From: Macrostomum lignano
Taxonomy: Eukaryota
Direction: 5' to 3'
Assembly (NCBI GenBank): GCA_002269645.1
Contig: NIVC01003919.1
Span: forward strand, 5,668 to 69,667
Length of the DNA stretch: 64,000 nucleotides
The notes beneath the pieces are model-generated. The model was not told the origin of the DNA. It saw only the letters and a program-made list of their open reading frames with translations, and ran no database searches. Each line of letters begins with the position of its first letter. Positions within the stretch are counted from its first letter, which is position 1. Below, piece by piece: positions 25,959-38,738 of this stretch. The position numbers and the translations under genes were made by a program.

Positions 25959-28900
25959 GCAAGTGTTTGCTGAGACATTGGGAACCATTAAAGGATTGAA
26001 GGCCAATATAGTGCTGAAGGAGAATTCAATACCAAAGTATTTCAAAAGTCGGCCAGTTCCATTTGCAATCAAGGGTCTCATTGAGGACGAGCTCAAAGAG
26101 TTTGCAAGCCCAAGGAATCATCACGAAGGTGAAGGCATCGGATTTCGCATTGCCAATCGTTCCTGTTCTCAAGCGCGATGGAAAATCAGTGATAATTTGC
26201 GCTGACTTTAAAAGGACAGTCAATCCACAATTAGAGGTCGACAAGTATCCTCTGCCACGACCAGAAGAAATTTTTGCAACATTAAATGGCGGGAAATATT
26301 TTACCAAACTGGACATCTCGCAAGCATTCCTGCAGCTTGAGTTGGAAGAATCCTGTAGAAGGTTCACCACTATCAACACTCATCTCGGTCTGTTTCATTA
26401 TAACCGACTCACAATGGGACTGGCATCCGCACCGGCTCAGTTTCAGGAGGCCATGGAGAAAATACTGCAGGGCCTGGACGTCGTTGTATACATAGATGAT
26501 ATTCTGGTGTCTGGAACCAGTCTGGAAGACCACGATAATAGGTTGAACGCTGTGTTGGAGCACCTTTCAGATTATGGCGTGCATTTAAACAGAAAGAAGT
26601 GTGAAATTCGTCTCAACAAGATTGCATTCCTCGGATACGTTATTGACGAAAATGGACTTCACCCATCAAACGAGAAAGTTGAGGCAATTCACAATGCACC
26701 GGCACCAACAAATGCAACCGAAGTTCGCTCTCTAATTGGAATGATAACCTACTACGCGAAGTTCATCCCGAATCTGTCGTCGATTCTGGTACCGCTCAAT
26801 CGACTGTTGTGCAAGGAATCGGAGTTTCACTGGAGTGAGGAGTGCAACGCTGCATTTGACAGAGTGAAGAAAACGCTGACATCTGACCGAGTGCTAGCGC
26901 ATTTCGATCCGAAGAAGCAGCTCGTTCTACAAACGGATGCTTCAAAGTATGGAATCGGATGTGTCATCTCGCACGTGATGCCGAATGGTGATGAAAGGCC
27001 AGTTGCCTATGCTTCGAGGACGCTATCAAAGCCGGAGATTAACTACTCGCAGTTGGAGAAGGAAGCGCTGGCCATAGTATTCGGAGTAAAAAGGTTCCAC
27101 CAGTACCTGTTTGGACATCATTTCGTGCTTGTGACGGACCATAAGCCGCTCCTAACCATCTTTGGAGACAAAAAGGATATCCCTAGCATCGCAGCAAGTC
27201 GTCTTCAGCGTTGGGCCGTACTTCTGTCCGCCCACCAATACACAATCAAATTTCGAAGGACAGAGGACCATTCAAATGCGGACGCGCTTTCACGCTTACC
27301 AGATCGAGCCAAGAACATCTCATGTGACAAAATTCTGGAAGTCAGGCTTGAGATGCTACCGATCACGGCAGAGACGATTAGAACCGCGACACGGAAGGAC
27401 GCAGAACTTCGAAAAGTCGTTCACTACTGCCAAAACGGCTGGCCAGAAACAAGTGAGCCAGGTTTGGAACAGTATTTTCGTAAAAAAAATGAGCTTTGTA
27501 TCGAGCAAGGAGTGATTTTCTGGGGACTGCGCGTCGTTATTCCAAGGAGTGTGCAACGAATGGTTTTGGAGTTGCTTCACGACGGACACCCTGGAATAGT
27601 TGCTATGAAGTCTATCGCTAGGCTGCATGTTTGGTTTCCTGGAATCGATAGTGCCATCGAAGACCTAGTCCGAAGCTGTGAAGGTTGCCAGTTGCAAAGA
27701 AATTTACCTGCACAGGCACCTGTACAACCTCTTGTTTGGCCAGAGCAGCCATGGACAAGAATCCAGATGGACTACATGGGACCATTTCACGGATATTTCT
27801 GGCTTATCATTGTCGACGCAACTAGCAAATAGGTCGAGATTTTTCCTATGAAACATGCGACTACAAGTAAGACAATTGAGTGCCTGCGAGATACTTTCAC
27901 AAGGTTCGGAATTCCTCAGCAAGTCTTAAGTGATAACGGCAGTCAGTTCTGCTCATCTGAGTTTCGTGCGTTTTTGAAGCGAAATAATATTCGTCAAATT
28001 TTAACGGCTGTTGGACATCCGCGTACTAATGGACTTAGCGAAAGGATGGTCCAGACTGCGAAGTCTGCTATTAAAGCCGGAATCAAAACGCATGGAGACC
28101 CAATACTGAGTATGCAGAACTTCTTGTTCAGATACAGAAGTACACCTCACTCTACAACTGGTAGGACGCCAGCTGAAATGATGCTGTGCTACAAGCGCCG
28201 GACTCAATTGGACTTTCTTAGGCCGGACACCTACTCAAAAGTACTGGATAAGCAGACTGATGTGACCGAACGACAAAGCCATAGAGGAGCGTCGCCGAGG
28301 AGTTCCAGGAGGGAGAAAAAGTTCTGACGCTGGATTTCAGAAGGGAGAAAGAGAACAGATGGATTCCTGCCGAGGTGGTCACCCGCACAGGACCAATGTC
28401 TTACAGACTGCAGGTCAACGGTCAAATCTGGAAGAGGCACGTTGATCAAATTGTCAAGACAGACGTTCTTCCCACCCGAATTCCACCAATCATGAAGAGG
28501 CATCAGGACGATCAGACTGATATATTCCTGCACGGTCACGAGTGCGGGAATGACATCTGCACGAGTGCGCGCTAGCGCACGAGTGCACGATGTCCTTCAC
28601 GCACGAGTGACCGTGAAGGAATTCCATTGTCGGGTGATTCATCGTGCAGGAATGCACAAAACCGTGCAGGAATGCATTTCTGCGCCTAATGCTTTTTCAG
28701 TGAGATTTTACCATAGACATCCATTCCTGCACGCAAAAGAGTGCAAGAATGCCATTCTTGCATGGAAAATCAGCCGACAATGACTTGGCTCGTGAGCAAA
28801 TGCAGAGTGAGGACATCTCAAATCCAGCAACCCAAAGCGTGCCCGTGCAAGACGAACCACAGACAACCGACTCAGACGGAACTCGTGGCAAGAGCACTGA

Positions 28901-28973
28901 CACATCGGCTAAAGAACCTAGACGACTGAGGGACAGAGACAAATTGCAGAAACCGGACCGGTTGAGATATTAA
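25933..28973 (+). pseudogene. Gypsy pol (RT, RNase H, integrase) with frameshifts at ~25935, ~26098, ~28290 and a TAG at 27830-27832
   Basis: YIDD, LQTDASKYG, YSQLEKEALA, HDGH..C..C, SDNGSQF, GLSERMV motifs spread over consecutive ORFs. Confidence 0.92.
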
Positions 28974-28989
28974 TTGACAAAGGGGGGAA

Positions 28990-29249
28990 TGTTGTGTATG
29001 GACTTTTGGTTTAGCAAATGCACTAATGCTTCCCTTCTTTTGTCTATAGTCTAGGGTACAATATTTTATTTCTTTAAGAGCCGAAGGCTAACAGTATTAC
29101 AAAGGGCAAACAAGACGTGCGCCGGCTAGAGGCAAATAAAGCTTGTAAACAGCTCGTATTTTAAATAATGCTTCTTCGACTTGACTTTGATGTCAGATGG
29201 TAGCCTGGAGGCAATAGTCGGTATAGAAGCAGAAGAAGAGTACATAACA
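28990..29249 (+). repeat. 3' LTR (260 bp)
   Basis: follows the PPT; matches the 5' LTR. Confidence 0.92.
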
Positions 29250-29385
29250 CCTCTCCTCTCCTCTCCTCTCCTCTCCTCTCCTCTCCTCTCCTCTCCTCTC
29301 CTCTCCTCTCCTCTCCTCTCCTCTCCTCTCCTCTCCTCTCCTCTCCTGTCCTCTCCTCTCCTCTCCTCTCCTCTCCTCCCCTCTC
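29250..29385. repeat. (CTCTC)n pentanucleotide microsatellite abutting the 3' LTR
   Basis: direct read. Confidence 0.95.
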
Positions 29386-30076
29386 ATAACCCCTACCTTA
29401 GAATAGAGCATAACCTTGGCGTGATTGACAACCAGGTGCTCTTTCTATGCACTCATCATGAGCCTTGAAAATAGCAAATTAAATGCAAGCTTGATGCCCT
29501 CATTTACGGAATGCTGTCAATTTTAAAGTTAAATTAAATAAAAAATTTTCTTTTGACGTCAATGCCATATCGACTTGTGTAGTTAATCAATTAGCAAATA
29601 GACTAACTATTAAAAGTTAAATAGCAACTTACTATTTTGATAAATTCTTTTAGAAAGAAATCTTTTTAAGATCTGTCAAGAAAATCTATATAACTAAATG
29701 ACTTTCAGTACTAAAATTAGAATGCCCCTTCTTAATTGGCAACTCAAGTTTCAGAAATGATATTTCCGCTCAAGTTTATTGGTGTTTTCGATTGCCTGCT
29801 TGTTTGTCTGACCTTTCGTATTTTCATTGTAGGCCTTGTGTATATCTGTACGGACATTATCAACTTTTATCGATTGCCTCTACCGTGTTGCTCTCTCAAG
29901 TATCTAATGTACGGCTCGTACGCTCTGTACTCTGCAATCAAAATTACAGATGTATCGATCCAGAGGCTCTCGCCGAGAAGGGTGTTGTTTACTTTGCAGT
30001 GTTTTTGTTGCGCACTTTTGTTATACTTGTGAATCTTGCCTTCGATTTATTTAATATGGTTGATTTCCGAAAAAAA

Positions 30077-30406
30077 GGCCATAGTCTAGTGGTCTAGCAC
30101 GGCGCTCTGATGTGCCAGCAGCCCAGGCTCGATTCCAAGTGCAGTCACATTAATTTAGTGCTTAATTGGAATCTCAGCTTGGCTCTGCTCGTGCAATTAA
30201 CGCTCCTCCAAGATACAGTAAGGCGTACATGCTTAACGATAAATAAAGTTAGGGCCACTGTACACTCCTGTGTGAGTGTGTGCCTGTGCGTATGACTGCG
30301 TACGTATCCGCGCGCTTGTGTGCCAGCTCAGGGGAGTCGGCGGAATGGGCAGTAATGCCTCTCGCCGGTTGTGTGACAATGTCGCTTAAAATGCGCCAGG
30401 GTGCAC
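30077..30406 (+). mobile_element. tRNA-derived SINE family 1, diverged and 3'-truncated copy
   Basis: aligns with 31209-31570; has A/B boxes; lacks tail. Confidence 0.8.
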
Positions 30407-30451
30407 GCCGCCACCCTTGAGCATTGACTTCAAGCTCACCGCACCGCAGAG

Positions 30452-30634
30452 CTGATCATAAACCCCATCGAGCATGTCTGGAATTTCCTCAAGCGCAGCA
30501 TACTCGTACAAAGAGAAAATCCACCGCAGAATGTTGTGCAGCTGCGCCAGGCCATTGCAGATACTTGGCAGAACCTTTCCCAGAACTTTCTCATCCGCCT
30601 CATCTTGGAGATGCTTATTGACAACACGTGGTAA
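30452..30634 (+). pseudogene. Tc1/mariner transposase C-terminal remnant
   Basis: unannotated frame reads NPIEHVWNFLKRSI...PPQNVVQLRQAIADTWQNLSQNFLIRLILEM, matching the DDE_3 NPIE.vW..LK pattern. Confidence 0.75.
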
Positions 30635-31208
30635 CACGTGATGACAACACGTGGTATCAAGCATTGCAATTTCTTCTTCTTATGCAATACATAATTAACA
30701 TGCAATATTGTTTGAATATTGCTTGATAATCGATGCACACCTCAATCAAAATAGTTAATAAGCAAACACGCTCGTAAACTGTTGAACTACTGAAGTTCTC
30801 TTTGACTGACGCACGATATGCTTGCGGGTTTCCGAGAATCAGTGAGCTTAGTGCGGAAGAGCTCTGCAATTTCTGACAGGAAGATTAATGGGATAAAGGC
30901 GGTGACTGGAAGTTACCTAAAAGAGTCGCACAGGGAGTTCAAGCCACAAAAGCCCGACTTTGATGAAAGCTTGGACTTCATCTCTGGAAATCTATCGATA
31001 AGCAATACCTGGTCGTCAGTACCAATGCATGAGCAAGTTGCGCAATACTAAAGATCACTGGAATTCATGGAGACTGTGACTCACACAGTTTGGAGTCACT
31101 GTGAAGCATATCTCTTCACTGTGAAGCTGCAGAGAATGAGAACTCTGAGGACAAGCTGGAGAATGCAGCTGCAGTTGCAAAGCAAGCTGAAAGTAAGGCA
31201 GCCGTTCA

Positions 31209-31570
31209 GGGGGGCCGTAGCCCAGCGGTAGCGCAGCTGCTCTGGTGTGCCAGCGACCCAGGCTCGATTCCAAGTGCAGTCACATTAATTTGGGGCTGAA
31301 TTGGAATCTCGGCTTGGCTCTGCTCGTGCAATTAACGGCCTTGAGAGCCAACCCCCCAAGGCGCAGTGAAGTGTACATGCCTAACGATAAAATAAAGTTA
31401 GGGCCGCTGTACACTCCTGTGTGAGTGTGTGCCTGCGTACGTATCCGCGCGCTTGTATGCCTGCTCAGGGGAGTCGGCGGAATGGGCAGTAATGCCTCTC
31501 GCCGGTTGTGTGCCTATGTCGCTTAAAGGTGTGCCAGGGTGCACACAACCCCCAGCCTCTAATAAAAAAA
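31209..31570 (+). mobile_element. tRNA-derived SINE family 1, intact copy
   Basis: A/B boxes, poly(A) tail, 13-bp TSD aaggcagccgttc (31195-31207 / 31570-31582). Confidence 0.9.
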
Positions 31571-32615
31571 AGGCAGCCGTTCTGGCGTTGTTGAAAACAA
31601 CCGGAAGCTCGAGTTTGCGATGGTCTTGATGGTAGATCCGCTGCTCGCCTCCAGTACAATACTAGTCGGTTGTAGCGGATGCCTCGCGAAGAGATTCATG
31701 AAAGTCTTCGTGTTTAACAACGAAACGGTGGGGGGGGGATTGTCACTGACTATTGACTGGTTGTCGTTCCGATGCGAGGTACACAGGTTTCCTCAAGGAG
31801 TTCATCCCCGATCAACTCTTGAAGCGTCGTGAAAAGTGCCGAAGTTGCAAGTTCTCCTAAGGCCATCATCTAGTCACCGATGCTCTCGCTGTCGTGCTGG
31901 GCTCGCTACAAAAAAGGCGAATGACGCTCTGCAATGACACTTCTTGACTTCTCTTCTGAATTTGTACTTAAATTAAAGTACAAAAACATATTAAAAACGA
32001 CGATGGTGTTTAAAATCTTCAAGAGAAGAGTGCCGGTTTGTAATGATCTGGCTTTCTTAGTCAGTTAGTGCGTTAATATTGTATATGAAAGAAAGGCTTG
32101 GCAGGACAAGATTTGAGTTTCTTTGGAAAAGCAACGTGAGTTCGAGTCCTGAGGGTCCTCCATCGTCTTCTGTCACTAGGTGCAGAAACCTGTTAATGCA
32201 CCTGCTTGAGCTGCCATGACTAAATATGACAACAAGCAGGTATCAGCAATGGTAAAGTTTGCATTAACTAACATATTCACGCGCTGAACATGTGTTGACT
32301 TTTCCCACGTGTCCACAAAGTTAATCAGCTTGAGGGCCATCCGTCGGTGTTAAGACAATCTTAACACTGAAGTGTGTATTAGGGACGGAATCAATTATCA
32401 ATAAACCAATAATAGCAATACAGCGCTAAAATTAATATTACCAAATCAAAATATAAGACTGCGTGCCCAAATGTTTTGAATTTACTCTGAAATATAATTT
32501 TAGCATTCATATCCAGCATATAAATTGCCAGCGATCTGTAACCGTGACAGCCAACACCAACTGAGCTTTCATCAATGTCTGAATTTCAATAAGCCACACT
32601 TATTGGTGTTTCGAC

Positions 32616-35600
32616 ATGCAAATGCCGATGTGGCTGCTGCTGCTGCTGCTGCTGCTGGCCTCATCAGTGAGCACCAGCATCCGAGGAGACTGTGAGTGCG
32701 TTTTCACCAAATCAACAATTATAAATGAATAGCACGGAATTAAATTGAGCTGACTGCTCAGCCTGTGCTCACCATTGCAGGCGAGTTCCCGATTCGCCAG
32801 AGCCGCGTCCTGAGCTCCTGGCAGTCGTCCTTTGATGACGGCCCGACTTGCTTTTACAACAGAAGCCGCGCTGATGAGGAATCCGTGCTCAAAAACAAAA
32901 CCTTTAGCTACCGGTTCTTCCACAGCAAAGGCCAGAGCTCAGCAGACGGCGGGTTTCACTGGTTTGCAGTGCAGCTGAATGAGCCAGTGCTCATCAGATC
33001 TGTGACTGTGAAGGGCAGAGAGGGTGAGTCACTCACTCAAATGCGGGCTCAAAGTCTGCTTCCTCTGCTCACGGTGCTCTCGCATTCCAGATCATGCATC
33101 GTGGGTCTTTGAAAGAGCCAGAGGCGTTGAGATCTGGACATCAGACAGCAGCAGCCAGCTGTTCTCAGGAGATCACTGCAGCTCAAGGAGCATGAGCAGC
33201 CAGTTCAATCAGTCCCAGCAGCACTGGAGACTGTGTGGGGTCACGGAGAGCAACAATTCACAAATCATAGCTGGAGAGATCTTCACAGTGAACTGCGTTG
33301 CAGAGGTAAGATTACAGATAGAGATGTGTACAAAAAGTTGAAAAGCTGAGGGCGTGATCAACTCAAGTAATTAATGATCATGCAATGCATGGAGGAGGAA
33401 CTCTCTTGACCTTAAATCCATTTCGATACTTATAAATCTGTTTGACACATCTTTCTAAGTCTATTTCAACAAAATTGATATGCAATTCAGACAGTTCTCG
33501 TTTCACTCTCAATTGTCTCTTAAGACAAATTCATATTAATCAGTCATCATCTTATTTAGATAAGTTTTATTCAGTCATTTGGGCGACACTTTCCAATCTT
33601 TCCAATCTTTCTATTCGATGCTGGCATGCCTAAACAGACGCATAGAAATAATTTTCTAAAATGATATTACGAAATTGCATAATGAGATATCTGAATCACA
33701 GAATTTACAAAACACACAGTATATTCTGTGGTCTGAATTGCATATCGGTTTTGTTGAATTAGACAGGGAAAATGTGATAACTCATAACGTATTTTGTTTT
33801 ATCATTCGATTCTCTCAACTTTAGACAAGGCAGCTGCTGCTCAGAAGAAACATTACGTCAGCCGATGCATCGAGCTATCACGATTACATGAGCTTTGCAG
33901 ATCTCAGGCTTCAAACATTTCAGCTGGGTGAGTCCGCAACTCTGATATGTAATTCTGCAGATTGTGGATACTGTCGAAACATGAATTAATGCAAAAAGCC
34001 CATCAAGATGATGCTCTTTGAAAATCCACTTTGGAAATTTACAGAGGCCTCAAAAGCTGAGTTGGTGGCGGAGAACTCCAGCTTCTCAGTGAGCTGCGCA
34101 CTGCGATGCAGCGGCCCACCGGACGCAACTTCAAGGGATCTGCAGCTCTGCTCTCCGAACGGCAGCTGCACTGCATCACAGGAGCTGCGGGTTCCCAGAG
34201 CGCAGCCTCAGCACTCTGGAAACTACACATGCAGACTGGGCTCTGTGGAAAAGCGCACTGGCGTGGCTGTGCTGTGTTAGTGGCAATACTTTGTTCGGCT
34301 TCATTTTAAATATACTTTCGGGCTTTCTCAAATGATAGAAATATTATTAAATGCTCGCATGGTCGAAACACAGAAAATTATTCTCTTTGTAAATCTTGCT
34401 GCATCACTTAACATGCATTTTTTATCAAGCTAGCATTTTCAGAAGCGGTCAAGGAATATTGTGCTAAACTCGATCTCTCCAGCGCCCTCAGGCCCACAAG
34501 TGGTGGCGGAGAACTCCAGCTTCTCAGTGAGCTGCTCGCTGCACTGCAGCGGCTCAGATCTGTGCTCAAATTCAAGCACACTGCAGTTCTGCTTGCCGAA
34601 CGGCAGCTGCACAGGCAGCCACAGGATGGCCGTTGCAGTGGCGCAGCCTCAGCACTCTGGAAGCTACACCTGCAGACTGGGCTCTGTGGCGACTCGGACT
34701 TCCGTCACCGTACTGTGTGAGCTCTTGAAACTTTATATTTTGATGTGCACAAGCGACTAATGCTTTGAAACTTCTGAAAATGCTTCCAGTGAAAAGAAGT
34801 TTATTCTAAATATTAGAACTAGAATCATGAACGAGTAGGCACACGAGTCACAACGTGGCGCACGTTTCGCACCTGGAAATGAATGCTCTGTACATTATTT
34901 TTGTCTGACTTACGCTCGAATTCATTCCTAATTGACTTATTACACGCTTTTGTTTTCGAAAGCCCAGCTGAACAAATGAATTTGCTTCATTGGTTGAGTA
35001 ACAAAAATTACCTGCCTCTTTCTCATTCAGCATCCTCTCAGCCCCAGATCGTGGCGCAGAACTCCAGCTTCTCAGTGAGCTGCTCGCTGCACTGCAACTG
35101 CTCAGATCTGTGCTCAAACTCAAGCGGACTGCAGCTCTGCTTGCCGAACGGCAGCTGCACAGGCAGCCACAAGATGGCCGTTGCAGTGGCGCAGCCTCAG
35201 CACTCTGGAAACTACACCTGCAGACTGGGCTCTGTGGAGTCTCTGACTTCAGTCACCGTGCTGTGTGAGTGGGCGAACTACTTTGATTTGCATGTACACT
35301 CTTCTATAGATGGTTTAACTGAGAAACCTAATCGAGCACTGACTGCATCGCTGCAGACCCGCCATCGAAGGTGTACATAACATTTCTGAATCAGGGTAGC
35401 TGCGTCAGCCCATCGGATGTGACAGTGCAGTTCGCTTCCTCTGCGTCTCATCCGCGTGTTGAGCACAAATGCAGCGCCGCTGACGCCAAGGGTGTCTCAC
35501 TGCTCAATATGACACGCCTGTCTTTGGTGAGTTGCAGTTTGAGAAAATATGAGTCAAGATTGGCTGACTGAATCATATGACGCGATGCGCATTGCAGAGC

Positions 35601-36988
35601 TCGGGTGGAGACGGCTCTGTCAGCCAGTGGAAACTGGACAGCGATGGAGAACAGAGTCTGGGACTGAAAATCCGCATCAACTGTAGCGCACTGCAGGAGC
35701 TTCCAAAAAATCAGCTTCCAGGCCACCAACCTCCAGGACTTAGCTGAGCTGACCTGCCCAATGCTTGCCACCATCCAATCTCTCTTTGGTGTCCTCGCAG
35801 CATCCGTCATCTGTAGCGCCGGTCTGGTCTTCCTCAGTGCAACCATCGCAGCTCTGGTAAATGATAAGCCTCTCCTTGAGTCAGTTCTCGTCACAGACAC
35901 ACACTAGTTAACTTACTAGATTGCTTGAAAAAACATGAAACACCTAAATACAGCGCGTGTGCATGGCGAGCAAGAGATAAGAGGAATGGTGTCCCTGCCC
36001 CCAGCCAGGCGATAAACAGTTAGGCGCTATGTCTAACCTTAACCTCTCTCCTTACTGCTCTCTCATTGGCTGAGCTAGATTGGGCCTGCCCCCTAGGCTG
36101 AGTTCGTCCGTCTAACTTTCACCTCTCTCCTTACTGCTCTCTCATTGGCTGAGCTAGATTGGGCCTACCCCCTAGGCTGAGTTTCGTCCGTCTAACTGTA
36201 ACCTCTCTCCTTACTGCTCTCTCATTGGCTGAGCTAGATTGGGCCTACCCCCCTAGGCTGAGTTTTGTCCGTCTAACTTTAACCTCTCTCCTTACTGCTC
36301 TCTCATTGGCTGAGCTAGATTGGACCTACCCCCTTCTATGCTGAGTTTCCGTCCGTCTTGCATTTACTGTGTACATGGAGTTAAACATTCTCAACTCCAT
36401 TATGCTGGTGAGGTTGCAAACCTCGAGGACGGAGAGGAAATTTTATCTGTGACAGAAAATTAAAGTGACACTGCGCAAAACAACTACTGAAAAAGAGTTG
36501 ACGCTCTGCTTTTTTTCAGAAATTTTATTGCGAGTGGCATATTTAGTTATTTTTATATCTGCAGTTCTCGTGTACTAATTGCCAGTGCATAATGCCCTGC
36601 GTTTCAGCGCAAGGCTCGGTCCAGCCACCCACCAGCAGCCCCGCCGAATGTCAACTCAACTTGCATCGTGGACTCGGAGCTGCAAGCGGTTGCTGAAGAA
36701 GCTCCCGTACAAGGCGGGGTGAGTCTCTGCTAATGGGGATAGCCATTGCTTTTTGGAATGCAAAAGACAGCGGGTCATTTGGCTTCGGTAGCGGCTGTCG
36801 GGTGCTGCTTAGATGTCAAGCAGATGGAGCCGCCTGCCCACCTCACCCGATTCCAGGCAGTCGGCAGCAGCGAGCCGGAGTGCAGCTACCTCACTGTGGC
36901 CGCCGCTGCACCAGCTGGTCAGGATGAGCTGCGCGACTCCGACAGCGAATGCACCGAGTTCATCGAGATGGTGGCTGACGGCGACTGA
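32616..36988 (+). CDS. paralog A: signal peptide + F-type lectin-like + 3 Ig + C2-like Ig + TM + YxxV tail (11 exons; +1 A at 35705-35710)
   Basis: exons 32616-32691, 32781-33023, 33091-33305, 33825-33927, 34045-34275, 34483-34716, 35031-35264, 35357-35526, 35598-35856, 36608-36718, 36857-36988; phase-compatible; SFSVSC...SGxYTCRL Ig motifs. Confidence 0.8.
36033..36356. repeat. ~80-bp intronic tandem repeat x4
   Basis: unit starts at 36033, 36112, 36192, 36273. Confidence 0.9.
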
Positions 36989-37799
36989 CTCAGCTGGGGT
37001 GCTGCAGGCTGGAGAGCAAGCAATGAAAATTTCACTCCGGCATCTGAAATTGATCTTGAATGGATCTAAGATCCTAATGATAATAAATTACTCGCAATAA
37101 ATGAGTTAATTCAGAAATCGTTAAAACAAAACATGGTTGTTAAGTGGAAATACAAACTGGAAAATATCGAGCATCTGGAGGCTGCAGGCCCATGGAGTTC
37201 TTTGGTGAACATTTAAGAGTGGCGCATTAGCTTCCTTTATAATGAATATGTTGCGTTCATAATGGATTTTTTTCTGCTAAATCAATTGGTATTTTACTAT
37301 TTAGTCTGTTGTGAATTCGTAACTCATATATTTGCCCTTACTGTAGTCTCTCTATCTCTCTCTCTCCCTCTGCCAACCCTCCCCACCCCTTCCATGCTTG
37401 CAACTTGTTGTGAGCTATTTTCTTAGAGTACTTTATTTATTTTTTTGGTGCCACTGCACTAGACCCAATCAATTGATGAACTATTATTGTAGTTGTTTAT
37501 TTGTCCAGCCTATGTCTGCAACTTTCTCACCCCTGATTATTATTATTATCCCTCCCCCTCCGTGCTCTCTCATTGGCTGTCGCTGTTTTCTGTAATTCTG
37601 GTTTTCTACCCCCCAGTCGCGTTTTGTGTGGCTGCAGCCAATCCCCGCTCGCTCTCTCTACGCACCCCGCCTTTTCTCTTACCCTGCAGCTTTTGCCCCA
37701 CCCCATGTTGTGCTGGCAGATATTTATTGGCGTGCGCTCCTGTCCTCTCCCAAACCTCGAACTAATTTTACACCAATAATTCGGAATACCAAATATATA

Positions 37800-38209
37800 C
37801 TAGTAGCGTAAGAGCCCCGGATAGGGGCTGACGCGCTCGAACTTATCAAGTGAAAAAAAGTCCTCTCCCCCCCCATGCGACCGCTTCTCCTCTGACTCCT
37901 TCGCCGCAAATAGTATATGACAATAAACCAAAAACAAGCGTGCCAACAATCGTCTTCAACATAGACGCCCAGCGCGCCAAGTATCAGCGCCACAGTAAGT
38001 ATCGTTCTGTTCCTGTTATTTCGGGGTCAAGTGCCTCTAGGATTTTGTCACCGGGGCCTGTGCGTTCGCTGCGACCCTGGTTGCTGGCCTACTGCCTGCG
38101 CGTTTGTGCGACAGTGGGTTGGCAAGCAGCAGGACTGGGGCTGCGTTTTCCTGCTCGTACAGAGCGCCAGACGTAGCTGGCTGGTCCGTCTCGGGACACA
38201 ACATTAAGA
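37800..38209 (-). mobile_element. possible non-autonomous Helitron (~410 bp)
   Basis: on - strand A|TC start, GC hairpin (agcccc/ggggct at 37813-37829) 9 nt before CTAG|T end. Confidence 0.4.
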
Positions 38210-38738
38210 TTATCATTATCATTATGATGTTGAGGAAAACTTTGAAATAATTTTCACGTTCAAGCTTTTGTTTATCAAAGCGTCAAAAAAAATTCAATCA
38301 TGAATTCTGTCAGATTTGTGGCGCAAAGTCTTCGAAATCCGTGAATTTGGTTTTTGTTAATAAATTGGTGTCTATTTTTACTTGTCAACCACAGTAAGCT
38401 GCGCCGAATGCATCCAAATTAGTGAATTTTTAGACGGAGGCGCTGTCCAATTTCTGACTGGAACAAACACTTGTTAACCTCAGTTAAACTGGTTGCAAGT
38501 GCAAGTGGTGAATGAGTTTAAGATTCCTGCAGGGTATTCTTGGCAGCAGTTGGCTATATTCGGACGGTAACATCAACTGGGCGGGCTAGGAATGCATATG
38601 CTGTGAATCACGTGACCGTCCAAAAGACTTTAAACAAAAGATCGCTAATTTAAGTGTTTTTTTCGACCATTTTCCGAATACGTCGCCGCCAACAAGACAC
38701 TTCAGAAGAGAATAAAATCTTGAAGAAAGCACTTGTCA

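Larger units (their letters stand above)
24385..29249 (+). mobile_element. Ty3/Gypsy LTR retrotransposon, degenerate
   Basis: LTRs TG..CA at 24385-24653 and 28990-29249, PBS tggcgaggag, PPT aaggggggaa, gag-PR-RT-RH-IN order. Confidence 0.95.

Noticed and set aside
30285-30305. 10-bp extra sequence in SINE copy 2 at the position where the P element sits in copy 1, considered as an excision footprint
   Set aside because: Contains neither a duplicated gtgcctgc nor TIR remnants; better explained as a local tgcgta duplication
36746-36856. MEPPAHLTRFQ as the start of paralog A's last exon, and the 20-bp array disrupting paralog B's last exon
   Set aside because: A better phase-0 acceptor (cccgattccag|GCA) is shared by both paralogs, so the array is intronic
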